This document shows positions 18,338 to 28,989 of a DNA stretch of 64,000 nt, piece after piece. The position numbers and the translations under genes are program-made. Source of the stretch: Candidatus Amesbacteria bacterium (GTDB lineage Bacteria; Patescibacteriota; Microgenomatia; CAZETR01; Amesbacteraceae); NCBI GenBank assembly GCA_027371535.1, contig DAHXMV010000001.1:172825-236824 (forward strand), written 5' to 3'. Each line of letters opens with the position of its first letter. The first letter of the stretch is position 1. The notes beneath the pieces are model-generated. The model was not told the origin of the DNA. It did no database searches and saw only the letters and a list, made by a program, of their open reading frames with translations.

Positions 18338-18874
18338 TTAACCGAAATGAACCCAGAGAAGATATTCGCTGTTACCGCCTTTATCCCCTAAAACCGGGGA
18401 TAGTTCCAGTCCGCTGATGTTAAAACCCAGGTTTTCGATTTCGTCTTTAACTTTTTGAGCAATTTTTTGGGATTCATGGAGAGCCAAATAAGCTATTTTG
18501 GATTCATAGTGGGGTTTGACCAGGGAAATAATGTCTCCGATATTGGTTTTTAAAAGGCCTGCTGCAGCGGGCATAATCAACCTCTGCGGAGTCCAGGAGA
18601 CATCGACGGTGACCAAATCCATTTTTTCCGGCAAGATGACGTGTAAAGCATTTGTCCGCTCCATAACTACTACCCGGTTTAAACGGCGCAGCTTCCAGTC
18701 CAAAACTCCATATCCGGTATCAACGGCATAGACTTTGGCAGCCCCGTTTTGGAGCAGGCAGTCGGTAAATCCACCCGTACTGCAACCCAGATCGGCACAG
18801 ACTTTACCGGATACGGTTACGGCAAATTTTGTCAGGGCATATTCCAATTTTGACCCGGCCCGGGAAACATACAT
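18338..18874 (-). CDS. TlyA-family (FtsJ-like) rRNA 2'-O-methyltransferase, lacks S4 domain
   Basis: SKLEYALTKF...ADLGCSTGGFTDCLLQNGAAKVYAVDTGYG matches the TlyA SAM-binding core. Confidence 0.7.
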   Translation of the reverse strand: MYVSRAGSKLEYALTKFAVTVSGKVCADLGCSTGGFTDCLLQNGAAKVYAVDTGYGVLDWKLRRLNRVVVMERTNALHVILPEKMDLVTVDVSWTPQRLIMPAAAGLLKTNIGDIISLVKPHYESKIAYLALHESQKIAQKVKDEIENLGFNISGLELSPVLGDKGGNSEYLLWVHFG

Positions 18875-18887
18875 AAAGGCAGAAAAA

Positions 18888-19967
18888 TTAATTTTTTAAC
18901 ATCCGGACTTCGGCATCAACAAATTCTTCTATGTTGCCATCCAAAACACTGTCCGCCTGGGAAGTTTCCACTGCAGTTCTTAGATCTTTGACCATTTTAT
19001 AAGGGTGCAGGACATAAGAACGGATCTGGTTACCCCAGGAAGCAGCTTTATAGTTGCCTTTGAGACTTTTTTCCTCGGAACCGCGTTGTTCCTGTTTTAA
19101 CTGCCAAAGTTTGGCCTTTAAAAGAGACATGGCAATTTTACGGTTCTGTTCCTGAAAGCGCTGCGTCTGACACTGGACCGAGATACCGGTGGGTTTGTGG
19201 GTCAGCCTGACTGCCGTAGAAACCTTATTAACATTCTGGCCGCCATGACCGGTAGCCCGGAAGGCTTCAAATACTATGTCATCGGATTTAATTTCGATCT
19301 GGTCATCGATTTCAGGAAGTTCAGGCAATACTTCCACCAGGGCAAAAGAGGTCTGACGCAGATTATCGGCATTAAAAGGAGACTGTCTGACCAACCTGTG
19401 GGTGCCCCGCTCCCCCACCAAGAAACCGTAAGCATACGGACCGGTGACGGTGAAGGTTACCGACTTGAATCCGGCCTCTTCACCGGAATTTTGCTCCACC
19501 ACTTCCACTCCCCAACCCCGGGATTCACAAAATTTAAGGTACATTCTCAAAAGCATAGCAGACCAGTCCATGGCTTCTACCCCGCCCTGGCCGGCATGAA
19601 TGGATACAATGGCGTTATCAGCATCGTATGGACCATTTAAAAAGGTGGACATTTCGATTTTTTCCAGCTGCCGGGAAAGCCGGTGGACGTTTTTTTGCAT
19701 TTCTTCCGTTTCTCCCACCATGTCGATTAATTCCAGGGCTTCATCCAAATCTGTCCCCAGTTTGGCGATTTTTGTCTGTTCATCCTGCAAAAAAGCCAGC
19801 CTTTTCATAGTATTCTGAGCCCGGTCCCTGTCAGTCCAGAAGTCCGGGTGCAGGGTTTGGGCTTCCAATTCCCTTATTTGCCGTTCCCTGGTGACAGGGT
19901 CGAGTTTGGTCTGAATCTGACTGAAACGATTTCCCAGATCCAGAATTGTGGTTTTAAGCTCGTTCAT
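18888..19967 (-). CDS. prfB: peptide chain release factor 2
   Basis: SPF tripeptide ([10 protein letters not shown]) and GGQ motif ([18 protein letters not shown]). The start is set at MNELKTT (ATG at 19965-19967). The frame is continuous, so there is no programmed +1 frameshift. Confidence 0.85.
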   Translation of the reverse strand: MNELKTTILDLGNRFSQIQTKLDPVTRERQIRELEAQTLHPDFWTDRDRAQNTMKRLAFLQDEQTKIAKLGTDLDEALELIDMVGETEEMQKNVHRLSRQLEKIEMSTFLNGPYDADNAIVSIHAGQGGVEAMDWSAMLLRMYLKFCESRGWGVEVVEQNSGEEAGFKSVTFTVTGPYAYGFLVGERGTHRLVRQSPFNADNLRQTSFALVEVLPELPEIDDQIEIKSDDIVFEAFRATGHGGQNVNKVSTAVRLTHKPTGISVQCQTQRFQEQNRKIAMSLLKAKLWQLKQEQRGSEEKSLKGNYKAASWGNQIRSYVLHPYKMVKDLRTAVETSQADSVLDGNIEEFVDAEVRMLKN

Positions 19968-19992
19968 TAGCTGATTATAGCGGAAAGATGGC

Positions 19993-20340
19993 TCATTTCG
20001 CCGAAGACGTAGCAGCAGGCTGACAAACAAAACTTTTTAACTGGTTAAGCTGGTCGGGGGGTAAATTCCTGACTAAATTGACCAGTGTATCCAGGCTGGT
20101 ATCGGTAATTTTAACTCCCAGGACCACCGGGGAGGTCCCGCCGTGAGTTATCAGATTATCCAGTGTTTGGCTGATTTTCTTCGTAGCATCGGCAATATTT
20201 ATGTCTCTAACCCGGGTAAGATTTTTCAGACTCAGCCCGGGAGAGGATTTATTTAATTTGGGGATGACAAAGAACAGGAGAAGGACGACAATCCCCAAAA
20301 AAACAATGATTTTGAGCAGAAAACCAAACATAATAATCAA
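19993..20340 (-). CDS. hypothetical small membrane protein
   Basis: N-terminal TM helix. No family recognised. Confidence 0.35.
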   Translation of the reverse strand: MIIMFGFLLKIIVFLGIVVLLLFFVIPKLNKSSPGLSLKNLTRVRDINIADATKKISQTLDNLITHGGTSPVVLGVKITDTSLDTLVNLVRNLPPDQLNQLKSFVCQPAATSSAK

Positions 20341-20380
20341 GGTTTAGAATACCGCCGAATTTGGTACTGGTCAAACTTAA

Positions 20381-21436
20381 TTAGGACGGGGTACCCAATT
20401 CAGGATAACTTTGTGATATCAGATTGATTAAAAGTTTTTCGGCATCGGCTGCTGACATGTTGACATCAGCAGCAGCCGCGTGAGGATGCCCTCCGCCATT
20501 TTTAATTTTTCTGGCAATAACACTGACATCCCGGAATTCAGAAAGGTTATTTGAACGCAGACTGATTTTGAAAGCTTCCGGTTTTTTCTGGTAGATTACC
20601 GAAATAATTGAAGTATTTAAAACAAAAGAAAAATTATTACAAATATATTCTTTAATGCTGTCTATATATTCCGGCGGTACGTTGAATCGCGCTAGTATTT
20701 CATAGTCAACTTTGAAAATGGCGACCTTTGAATTAAAGAGCATTCTGGCATTGGCAATTACAAAACTGGCACATTCCAATACCCGGGGGTCAATACTTTT
20801 TAATTTCCAGGCCACTTCCGGCACGTTCAAATGACCCAAATTAACTAAATCCAGGGCAGATTTGAACGTTTGCGGACTGACGGAGCCTGAATAAATGAAC
20901 TGGCCGGTATCGGAAAACAAACCGGCAAACAAACAAACTGCTGCCGGAGGATTTATCTGCCAATTACATTTCAGGGATAAGAGGTAGACTATTTCGGCAG
21001 TGCATGTCCCTTCGGGAATAACCAGATTGATCTGACCGAAAGATTTATTTGAGGGATGATGGTCGATGACCAGAATAGGGATTTTTACAGGTAAAATAAC
21101 TTCCTCCAAACGGGTAAGGCGATTGAGATTTTCACAATCCGGACAGATTAACAGGTCGAAATCAGACCAGGAAATATCAGCAATATTTTTAATCAAGACT
21201 TCATTAACACCGGGGTATATTTCAGGAAACCTGGTTATTTCCGGATTTAATTTTTCTGTACTGAATACGGTCACATTCTTCCCCAAATTCTCCAGGATAT
21301 GTTTTAGGCTCAGGGCACTACCCAAAGAATCGGGATCGGCTCCCACATGGGTACCAATCAAAATTTCATGACTGTTATTTATCAGGGATATAATTTGAGG
21401 AGCAAGTTCTGTAATGGGATCGAACAGCATAATCAA
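20381..21436 (-). CDS. DHH-family phosphoesterase (NrnA-like nanoRNase/pAp phosphatase)
   Basis: DHH motif VIDHHPSN and a C-terminal GGGH motif (DHHA1). Confidence 0.7.
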   Translation of the reverse strand: MIMLFDPITELAPQIISLINNSHEILIGTHVGADPDSLGSALSLKHILENLGKNVTVFSTEKLNPEITRFPEIYPGVNEVLIKNIADISWSDFDLLICPDCENLNRLTRLEEVILPVKIPILVIDHHPSNKSFGQINLVIPEGTCTAEIVYLLSLKCNWQINPPAAVCLFAGLFSDTGQFIYSGSVSPQTFKSALDLVNLGHLNVPEVAWKLKSIDPRVLECASFVIANARMLFNSKVAIFKVDYEILARFNVPPEYIDSIKEYICNNFSFVLNTSIISVIYQKKPEAFKISLRSNNLSEFRDVSVIARKIKNGGGHPHAAAADVNMSAADAEKLLINLISQSYPELGTPS

Positions 21437-21960
21437 AGATGAATTTTATCAGGATAATCGGTAGTGTATAGTCTGGCAAAAGATTTACGGGCACGATAAA
21501 GACGGCCTTCCAGTTTCCTTGGTGAGAGCCCGAGACGGAAACAAATTTCTTTGGCAGACAGATCCTGATAGTATTTCATGTGCAGTAACTGCCGGTATTT
21601 TTCTGGCAGGATGTTTAAACAGGCATTGACGGAAGTGCAGAGTTCTTCCAGACTGAGGCGTTCATCAGGAGTTAATGACGGATCTACCAGTGTGTTGAAT
21701 TTTTCCAGCGACGGAGCAACTATTTTAGATTTATAGTGAATTTCCCGACGGTAATAATCTGCCAACCGATTTAAAGAAATCTTACATAACCAGGTGAAGT
21801 AACTGCTTTTGTGACGAAAGGCCCGGAAAGATATAAAGGCAGAGATAAATGTATCCTGGACTACAGACTCGGCAATTTCCAAATCTCCCCCTGTATGTTT
21901 CAGCAAAAAATGCAGTATGGGACGGCTGAATTTGCGGTAATTAACTGTCAGATTATCCAT
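21433..21960 (-). CDS. RNA polymerase sigma factor, sigma-70 family (ECF-like, regions 2 and 4)
   Basis: Region 2: FISFRAFRHKSSYFTWLCKISLNRLADYYR. Region 4 HTH: LSAKEICFRLGLSPRKLEGRLYRARK. The start is set at MDNLTV (ATG at 21958-21960) to avoid overlap with typA. Confidence 0.65.
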   Translation of the reverse strand: MDNLTVNYRKFSRPILHFLLKHTGGDLEIAESVVQDTFISAFISFRAFRHKSSYFTWLCKISLNRLADYYRREIHYKSKIVAPSLEKFNTLVDPSLTPDERLSLEELCTSVNACLNILPEKYRQLLHMKYYQDLSAKEICFRLGLSPRKLEGRLYRARKSFARLYTTDYPDKIHL

Positions 21961-21990
21961 ATTTTTGGTTTTTGAGGTAAAATCAGGTAC

Positions 21991-22010
21991 AGCGCTTAAC
22001 ACTTGAGCGC
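21991..22010. promoter_or_regulatory. imperfect palindrome AGCGCTTAA-CAC-TTGAGCGCT between divergent sigma-factor and typA starts
   Basis: Read directly. It lies 8 nt upstream of the typA ATG (22018). Confidence 0.3.
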
Positions 22011-22017
22011 TTTTTAT

Positions 22018-23856
22018 ATGATATCTGACATCAGAAATATTGCAATTATCGCCCATGTGGACCATGGAAAAACCACCCTGGTAGACGGGATGCTGAAACA
22101 GACCCATGAATTTCGGGAAAACCAGGCAGAAATGCAACAAACAACAATTTTAGACAGCAATGCCCTGGAAAGAGAAAAAGGGATCACAATTCTGGCTAAA
22201 AATACAGCGGTATTTTACAAAGGGGTAAAAATAAATATTATTGATACTCCGGGACATGCCGATTTCGGGGGCGAAGTGGAACGGGTTCTTAACATGGCCG
22301 ATGCGGCTTTATTGATTGTAGACGCAGCTGAAGGACCGCTGCCGCAAACTAAATTTGTGCTGCAAAAGGCCCTGCACACCGGATTAAAAATTATCCTGGT
22401 AATTAACAAAATCGACAAAAAAGACGCCCGGGTAAATGAAGTACTGGCTGAGTCTGAAGAGTTATTTTTGAAGCTGGCCACCAATACCCAGCATCTGGAT
22501 TTTCCGGTAATTTATGCGGTCGGACGGGACGGCAAAGCCTTTGACCGGTGTCCCGAAATTTATAATCCAAATGCACCGGGAGATCTGACACCACTGTTTG
22601 ATCTGATTCTGAAAGAGGTGCCCAATGCAGTAACAGGGACAGAAGAGCCGCTGCAAATGCTGATTTCGACACTGGACTTTGATAATCATCTGGGCAAATT
22701 GGGAATCGGCAGAATCCGAAGGGGGAAAATTTTCAAAGGCCAGAGAGTGGTGCAGTTAACCCCGGAAAAAATCTTAGGCACATTTGTGATTGAAAAACTT
22801 TATACCAGCCACGGGATTGTCCGGGAAGAAATTGATGAGGCCGGCAGCGGGGATATTATTACTCTCGCCGGGGTCAAAGACATCGAAATCGGGCAGACAA
22901 TCTGTGATCCGGCCGTTCCCCTGGCTTTACCGACAATCACAGTCGAAGAGCCGACTCTGAAAATTACCATCGGGGCAAATACCTCCCCATTTGCCGGAAG
23001 AGAAGGCAAGTTTGTTACCAGCAGACAGATCGGTGAAAGATTAACCAGAGAAAAAGAGACGAACCTAGGCCTAAGAATTAATGAAATCGGCGGAGGGATA
23101 TTCGAGGTAGCCGGACGGGGAGAACTTCATCTGGCAATTCTGATTGAAACCATGAGGCGGGAGGGCTATGAGATGGAGGTGTCCAAACCGCAGGTGATTT
23201 TAAAAAACGGCCTGGAACCATACGACGAAGTGGCCATTGAAGTACCCGATGAATACGTAGGCGAAATCACCAGCGAGATGGGCAAACGCCGGGGGGAAAT
23301 GCTGGATATGAAAGCCGACGGTAAGGGCGACACAAAAATGGTTTATAAAATTTCCCAACGGAACATGATCGGAGCCAGAAATACTTTGCTGACTGCTACC
23401 AGGGGCACAGCAGTGTTAAATAACGTATTTGCGGGATATGACCAGCCAGGGCCGGTTATCGGGGATTTAAGAAACGGCGTTCTGACTGCATTCGAAACCG
23501 GTAAAGCGCTGGCTTATTCTCTGGAGGCGGCCCAGCAGAGAGGGGTGACATTTATAGAACCCAACGAAGAGGTGTATGAAGGGATGATTGTGGGATTGAA
23601 CAACCGGGAAAATGACATCGATATGAATGTGACGAAAGGAAAACATTTAACAAACACCCGGTCGGCCAATAAGGACATCCGGACCATATTAACCCCGGCG
23701 TATAAAATGAGCCTGGAACAGGCACTGGATTTTATTGAAGATGACGAACTGCTGGAAGTGACGCCACAAAGCCTGAGGATGCGTAAAAAATTGCTCAATA
23801 AAATTGACCGGATCAGGTATAAGAGATCAGCAAATTCTCGACTTCAGTCCAATTAA
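22018..23856 (+). CDS. typA: translational GTPase TypA/BipA
   Basis: AHVDHGKTTL, DTPGHADF and NKID G-domain motifs. EF-G-like domain order at 613 aa. Confidence 0.85.
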   Translation: MISDIRNIAIIAHVDHGKTTLVDGMLKQTHEFRENQAEMQQTTILDSNALEREKGITILAKNTAVFYKGVKINIIDTPGHADFGGEVERVLNMADAALLIVDAAEGPLPQTKFVLQKALHTGLKIILVINKIDKKDARVNEVLAESEELFLKLATNTQHLDFPVIYAVGRDGKAFDRCPEIYNPNAPGDLTPLFDLILKEVPNAVTGTEEPLQMLISTLDFDNHLGKLGIGRIRRGKIFKGQRVVQLTPEKILGTFVIEKLYTSHGIVREEIDEAGSGDIITLAGVKDIEIGQTICDPAVPLALPTITVEEPTLKITIGANTSPFAGREGKFVTSRQIGERLTREKETNLGLRINEIGGGIFEVAGRGELHLAILIETMRREGYEMEVSKPQVILKNGLEPYDEVAIEVPDEYVGEITSEMGKRRGEMLDMKADGKGDTKMVYKISQRNMIGARNTLLTATRGTAVLNNVFAGYDQPGPVIGDLRNGVLTAFETGKALAYSLEAAQQRGVTFIEPNEEVYEGMIVGLNNRENDIDMNVTKGKHLTNTRSANKDIRTILTPAYKMSLEQALDFIEDDELLEVTPQSLRMRKKLLNKIDRIRYKRSANSRLQSN

Positions 23857-24415
23857 CCACGTTCCACCAGGCTTCCAGGTATTCAGAGCGGCGATTCTGA
23901 TATTTGAGATAGTAAGCGTGTTCCCAAACATCAACAGCCAATAAAGGATTTTTTTGTTCTGTTAACGGTGAATCCTGATTGGAAGTTTCCATAACCGACA
24001 GATGATCATGATCAATAACCAGCCAGGCCCAGCCGCTGCCGAAGTGATTTTGAGCCACTGAAAGAAACTTTTCCCTGAATGTATCCAAATTGCCGAAATC
24101 CCGATTAATGAGCTTTAAGACTGCGGTCGTGGGAGAAGGTTTAGCCGGGCTCATCCATTTCCAAAACCGGGCATGATTATCAGCGCCACCGGCGTTGTTT
24201 TTAACTTTCTGGCGGAAATTTTCCGGCACTACCGAAGGATTTTTTAATATTTCTTCGGGACTTTTAGCTAAAAGATCCGGTAAACCCGATAATAAATCAT
24301 TGTAATTCTTTACATAAGCGGCGTGATGTTTGTCGTGGTGGAAAAGCATGGTTTGCTTATCGATATAAGGCTCCAAAGCATCTGCCGGATAAGGCAATTC
24401 GGGAAGTACAAACAT
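23813..24415 (-). CDS. sodA: Fe/Mn superoxide dismutase
   Basis: N-terminal LPELPYPADALEPYIDKQTMLFHHDKHHAAYV and C-terminal DVWEHAYYL metal-ligand motifs. Confidence 0.85.
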   Translation of the reverse strand: MFVLPELPYPADALEPYIDKQTMLFHHDKHHAAYVKNYNDLLSGLPDLLAKSPEEILKNPSVVPENFRQKVKNNAGGADNHARFWKWMSPAKPSPTTAVLKLINRDFGNLDTFREKFLSVAQNHFGSGWAWLVIDHDHLSVMETSNQDSPLTEQKNPLLAVDVWEHAYYLKYQNRRSEYLEAWWNVVNWTEVENLLISYT

Positions 24416-24457
24416 ATGATTTATATTAACACAGGATAAAAAGAAAAATGTTAGAGA

Positions 24458-26920
24458 TCAGACTTTTTCCAAATGATATTTTCCCTGACCAGGGTCGGGT
24501 ATTAACCGAATATGGTCGCCGGATTTGATTTCCCCTTTTAAGATAGCCTTTCCCAGAACATCACCTAAAACAATGTCCACTACCCGGTGCATCGGCCGGG
24601 CACCAAATTCGGGTTCAAAACCGTCTTCAGCGACTTTTTTGCATAACGCGTCCGTGACTTCAAGATACAGATTCTGTTTCTTCAGATTTTCCACCAGGCT
24701 GGTCAAAGACAGGCAGGCAATACTTTCAAGTTCCGTTTGGGAGAGCGGTTTAAAAACTACCACACCGTCAAAACGGTTGAGAAATTCGGGCGAAAACAAG
24801 CCGTTTTTCTGCACATAGTTAATAATTTCCTTCTGTAATCCGTCCGGATCCATATTGGCGGAAACATACTCGCGGATTTTTTCCGCCCCGGCATTGGAGG
24901 TGGCGATGACAAACAGATGACGGGCAGAAACTTTTTTACCGAATGCATCAGTAATACTCCCCTCATCCAACAGAGATAAAAATAAATTATAGACTTCAGG
25001 AGGGGCTTTCTCGATCTCGTCCAATAATAATAGACTGGCAGGTTTATTTTTTATCGACGAAGTCAACAGACCGGGCTGATTCTTATCGATGGATCCGATC
25101 AGCCGCTCCAATCCTTCCCGTCCGGCATATTCGGCCATATCAAAACGGATGATATACTGCTCGGACCCGTAATAGACTTGGGCCAGGGTTTTAGCGGTCT
25201 GGGTTTTGCCTACACCGGTGGGCCCCAGGAAAAGAAAGGAGCCAACCGGCCGATTTTCGTTTTTAACACCTACGGTGCGTGCCCTGAGACTTTGGGCAAT
25301 TAAAGTCACGGCCTGATCCTGTCCGACCAAATTTTTATGCAACACACTTTCCAGGTCTGCCAACAGGGATTTTTCCTTCTGGGTTAAATGGGCCAGAGAA
25401 ATCCCCGTCAATTCAGCCAGGACGGAATTAACATCGTCAGGACCTGCCCGGAGAAGATTATTCTTTTCCAGATAGACGACCAGATGGTCCAATAGTTCCA
25501 GGGCTTTTTCCGGAAAAGGCGTGTCAGTGATATATTTGTCACAGCCCTCCAGCAGGGTATTTAATGACTGAACAGAAAAGACGATGTGTTTAAGTTTTTC
25601 CCAACGGGAGGCGGATTCAAAAATAATCAATAAGGCGTCTGCCTCGGAAACCGGGGGCACTTCCACGGGCTGAAAGTACTTTCTCAGGCGGTTATTAGGA
25701 AAAATAAAACGGTCATACTCAACCTGCGAACTGACGGCAATAATCTGCAGTTTTCTTTTTTCCAGATGTTTTTCCAATAAATCGGTAAAATCCATACCTT
25801 CCACATCGGGGTGGGTAAGACGGTGAAGATCCTTGATAACCAGGATAATATTTCCGGCCTGCGAAGCTTCGGAAAGAATCTCCGAAAGCTTGGTTTTTTT
25901 CTGGTTAATATCCAGGGATTGGGAAAGCAAGAAATTATAATCCAGTTCCAGAACCCGCTTATAAACCAAATCCGAACCTAATTCACCCTCCATTGCCCGT
26001 TTGGCAAATTCCAAAACCACCGTTTTTTTTCCCACTCCGGGCTGGCCAACCAAAATCACACTGTGACCTCCGGTAAGTTCCCTTTCGATACGGTTAACCA
26101 GCGATTCTCTACCGATTAGATGGTGAGAAAAATCCTGCGGCAGACTAAGGTCAGTCGAAATTTCATTCAATTTCGGGGTATATCCAAAAAGCAGTTCCAG
26201 TCCCAAACCGGGACGGCCTAGTTTCAGGTTTTCATCATCAGCTTCGGACTTATCACCGTAAACCGTGTCCCACCACCGGGCGGCCATTTTCAAATCCGCA
26301 AATGTCGCCTTTAGTTCTCTCAGCTCTTCTTCCTGCCAAACACCATCAGTGATAAATTTATTAATCAATTCTTCCAGAGTGGCCGGGATAAAACCGGAAA
26401 AATCCAAACCGGCATTTCTTGAGACAGAAATCAGGGCGGACTCTTCCAAACCGACCCGGGAAAGCCAAAATTTTCCCGGACCGGAAGACAAAAAGATACT
26501 GACCGTGTCTTCCGGGTGACGGGAGAAATTTCTTATTAAATTGGCAAATAAGCGCTGATGCTGCCTGTCACTTGTGAGATAGTAAGGGATACCTATAAAT
26601 GGCAGGCCGACCCAAAAAGCCAAACCTATCAAGCCAACCAGAAATGTGGGGGCAAATGCCAAAATACCTAATATCAACAAAAACAGTCTGACAATGGCTC
26701 CTATCCCGCGGGAAATTAGGTTATAAGAAAATTGGCGGAAAGCCTTTTCAAGATTAAAACCGATAATGGTGTCATTGTCCACCAGCCTTTTCCAGGGATA
26801 AAAAAGGGTGGGTATCAACTGCGGCAGTGAAAAATAATGCACTATCCACGCCATCAGGCGATACCATCTTTTAAGGTATAAATTCAAGCCTTCGGAATAA
26901 TGCCAGGAGATAAATTCCAT
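24458..26920 (-). CDS. membrane-anchored double AAA+ ATPase, ClpA/ClpB-like (two nucleotide-binding domains) with N-terminal multi-TM domain
   Basis: Three or four TM helices in residues ~20-130. Nucleotide-binding domain 1 (NBD1) Walker A is LVGQPGVGKKT. NBD2 Walker A is FLGPTGVGKTQTAK, with Walker B LLLLDEIEKA. It has a Clp D2-small-domain-like C-terminus. No Clp N-domain is present. Confidence 0.65.
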   Translation of the reverse strand: MEFISWHYSEGLNLYLKRWYRLMAWIVHYFSLPQLIPTLFYPWKRLVDNDTIIGFNLEKAFRQFSYNLISRGIGAIVRLFLLILGILAFAPTFLVGLIGLAFWVGLPFIGIPYYLTSDRQHQRLFANLIRNFSRHPEDTVSIFLSSGPGKFWLSRVGLEESALISVSRNAGLDFSGFIPATLEELINKFITDGVWQEEELRELKATFADLKMAARWWDTVYGDKSEADDENLKLGRPGLGLELLFGYTPKLNEISTDLSLPQDFSHHLIGRESLVNRIERELTGGHSVILVGQPGVGKKTVVLEFAKRAMEGELGSDLVYKRVLELDYNFLLSQSLDINQKKTKLSEILSEASQAGNIILVIKDLHRLTHPDVEGMDFTDLLEKHLEKRKLQIIAVSSQVEYDRFIFPNNRLRKYFQPVEVPPVSEADALLIIFESASRWEKLKHIVFSVQSLNTLLEGCDKYITDTPFPEKALELLDHLVVYLEKNNLLRAGPDDVNSVLAELTGISLAHLTQKEKSLLADLESVLHKNLVGQDQAVTLIAQSLRARTVGVKNENRPVGSFLFLGPTGVGKTQTAKTLAQVYYGSEQYIIRFDMAEYAGREGLERLIGSIDKNQPGLLTSSIKNKPASLLLLDEIEKAPPEVYNLFLSLLDEGSITDAFGKKVSARHLFVIATSNAGAEKIREYVSANMDPDGLQKEIINYVQKNGLFSPEFLNRFDGVVVFKPLSQTELESIACLSLTSLVENLKKQNLYLEVTDALCKKVAEDGFEPEFGARPMHRVVDIVLGDVLGKAILKGEIKSGDHIRLIPDPGQGKYHLEKV

Positions 26921-26966
26921 GCCTACTTCGATGATAGCATATGCAGATTAGCGGTTTTGGTTATAA

Positions 26967-28442
26967 TTGAAGGATATGGTGGAAAAAAAGAGACCACTGA
27001 GGATATTGTTTGTCGGATCAGAAATGTGGCCTTACGCCAGTGCGGGGGGCCTGAGCCGGGTGATGTCTTATTTGCCCGGGGCGCTAATGAGGACAGGTGT
27101 GGATGCCCGGGTGATGATACCCAAATACGGGATGATTGATACCGAAAAATATAAGTTCAAGAAAGTGGTGATGGGATTAAAGGTACCCACGGGAAAAATT
27201 GACAAAGAGCCGATGATAATCTGTAATGTCCTTTCCCACCAGCTGCCGGGGTCGGCGCTCACCTATTTTCTGGAAAACAGAGAGTACTACGAACTCAGGG
27301 CCAATGTTTATCAATATGCGGATGATCATATCCGCTGGGGTTTACTGCAAAAAGGAGTCTGGGAGTTTATCCGGGCATATGATGATTGGGTGCCGGACAT
27401 CGTCCATTGCCATGACTGGCATACAGGCCTGACTGCGAACTTTTTTAAACAAACCTACAGAAAGATTGAAAAGCTGGATAATATAAAGACGGTTTTTACC
27501 ATTCATAATCTGGGTTTCCAGGCGCCGTACGACCACAGATTTGTGAATCCTCTTGATGAGGATAACGGTAACCGGGAGATACCGGATATACTGGACGGAG
27601 AGTTTGCAAAGCTGAATAGCATGCGCAGAGGAATCATATATTCGGATCTGGTGACCACGGTATCTCCTACATATACCAAGGAAATATTAACAAAAGATTA
27701 CGGAGAAGGTTTGGACGAGCTGTTAGCCTCGGTGAAATACAAGCTGGTGGGGATACTCAACGGTCTGGATTATGATGATTATGATCCCCTGACAGACGTA
27801 AATATCACACAAAATTACAAGAAAGGCGAATGGGTCAGCAGATTGAAGAATAAAACCGCCCTGCAACAACAGTTTAATCTGAAAAAGGGTAACGATATAC
27901 CCATGTTTGGTATCTCTTACCGTCTGACTGATCAGAAAGGACTGAACCTCGTTACCGATATTATGGAAACGATAATTAACGAATTTGATGCCCAGTTGGT
28001 GGTCAACGGTGACGGCGAAGCTATTTATAAAACTTATTTTCTGGAGCTGTATAAAAAATATCCCCAGAACATAGGGCTAAATCTGGTATACGATGAAGTA
28101 TTACCCAGACAAATATTTGCGGGAGCGGATTTTCTTTTACATCCATCAAAATTTGAGCCCTGCGGGATTGTTCAAATGGAAGCCATGGCTTACGGCTGTA
28201 TACCCATAGTCCGGGAAGTCGGCGGTCTGGCCGATACGGTGGTAGACGAAGAAAACGGATTCACCTTTTCGGAATTTAAACCGAGTTCACTGCTGTTAAC
28301 CATGGCCAGGGCGGTAGAACTGTTCAGGCACGGGGAAATAATCAAACACATGAGAGCCGCCTGTATGGAACAGGATTTTTCCTGGAAAATTGCCGCTGAA
28401 AAATATCTCAGAAATTATAAAAAGCTGGTGGGAACAAAGTAG
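26967..28442 (+). CDS. glgA: glycogen/starch synthase (GT5, ADP-glucose type)
   Basis: N-terminal ILFVGSEMWPYASAGGLSRVMSYLP is a K/S-x-GGL donor motif. 491 aa GT-B fold. Confidence 0.75.
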   Translation: MKDMVEKKRPLRILFVGSEMWPYASAGGLSRVMSYLPGALMRTGVDARVMIPKYGMIDTEKYKFKKVVMGLKVPTGKIDKEPMIICNVLSHQLPGSALTYFLENREYYELRANVYQYADDHIRWGLLQKGVWEFIRAYDDWVPDIVHCHDWHTGLTANFFKQTYRKIEKLDNIKTVFTIHNLGFQAPYDHRFVNPLDEDNGNREIPDILDGEFAKLNSMRRGIIYSDLVTTVSPTYTKEILTKDYGEGLDELLASVKYKLVGILNGLDYDDYDPLTDVNITQNYKKGEWVSRLKNKTALQQQFNLKKGNDIPMFGISYRLTDQKGLNLVTDIMETIINEFDAQLVVNGDGEAIYKTYFLELYKKYPQNIGLNLVYDEVLPRQIFAGADFLLHPSKFEPCGIVQMEAMAYGCIPIVREVGGLADTVVDEENGFTFSEFKPSSLLLTMARAVELFRHGEIIKHMRAACMEQDFSWKIAAEKYLRNYKKLVGTK

Positions 28443-28976
28443 ATGGACCGTAGGCCAATAATTTTAGTGTTAGGCCAAGCCGCGGGAATATTGGGATTAT
28501 TTTTTTTCACTCTGGTAATCCTGACCAGTCCTGTACGCTTAGTGCCTTTTTTAGACAATGCGAACCTGTTAATACATGAGTCAGGACATACATTTTTTGC
28601 CCCTTTGGGGGAATTTATGGGTTTTTTGGGCGGATCACTAACGCAGTTGCTGGTCCCGGCAGCCTTTGCTCTATATTTTTGGTATTCGGGACATAAATTC
28701 TCCCTGGCGGCCTGCCTGTTTTGGACAGGGGAAAATCTGATAAATATCAGTGTCTATATCCGGGATGCCAGATCACAGTTATTACCGTTAATTAATAACG
28801 GGATTAATGATTGGAACTGGATATTGGGCAAGCTGCAGATGTTACAGTTTGACCAAGTAATCGGAGGTATTGTCTATGATGCGGGTTTGGCGATCTGCCT
28901 GGGCAGTCTGGTTTGGGCAATAATTATTTTTTATAACCGCACCAAGGGCCTACGTCTGCAAAAAACTTCCACGTGA
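28443..28976 (+). CDS. hypothetical integral membrane protein with HExxH motif (putative membrane metallopeptidase-like)
   Basis: Four TM helices. LLIHESGHTF sits in the first predicted loop. The start ATG abuts the glgA TAG stop. Confidence 0.35.
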   Translation: MDRRPIILVLGQAAGILGLFFFTLVILTSPVRLVPFLDNANLLIHESGHTFFAPLGEFMGFLGGSLTQLLVPAAFALYFWYSGHKFSLAACLFWTGENLINISVYIRDARSQLLPLINNGINDWNWILGKLQMLQFDQVIGGIVYDAGLAICLGSLVWAIIIFYNRTKGLRLQKTST

Positions 28977-28989
28977 TAAAATCCCGGTC

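Noticed and set aside
18888-20030. Possible programmed +1 frameshift in prfB
   Set aside because: The RF2 reading frame is continuous from an ATG at 19967 (MNELKTT...). No CUU-UGA-C shift site is needed. The N-terminal 21 codons of the longer ORF are not RF2-like, so they are probably untranslated.
23813-23856. 44-nt convergent overlap of typA and sodA as a sign of a misassembly
   Set aside because: Both proteins have normal full-length termini for their families. A short convergent overlap is plausible in a compact genome.
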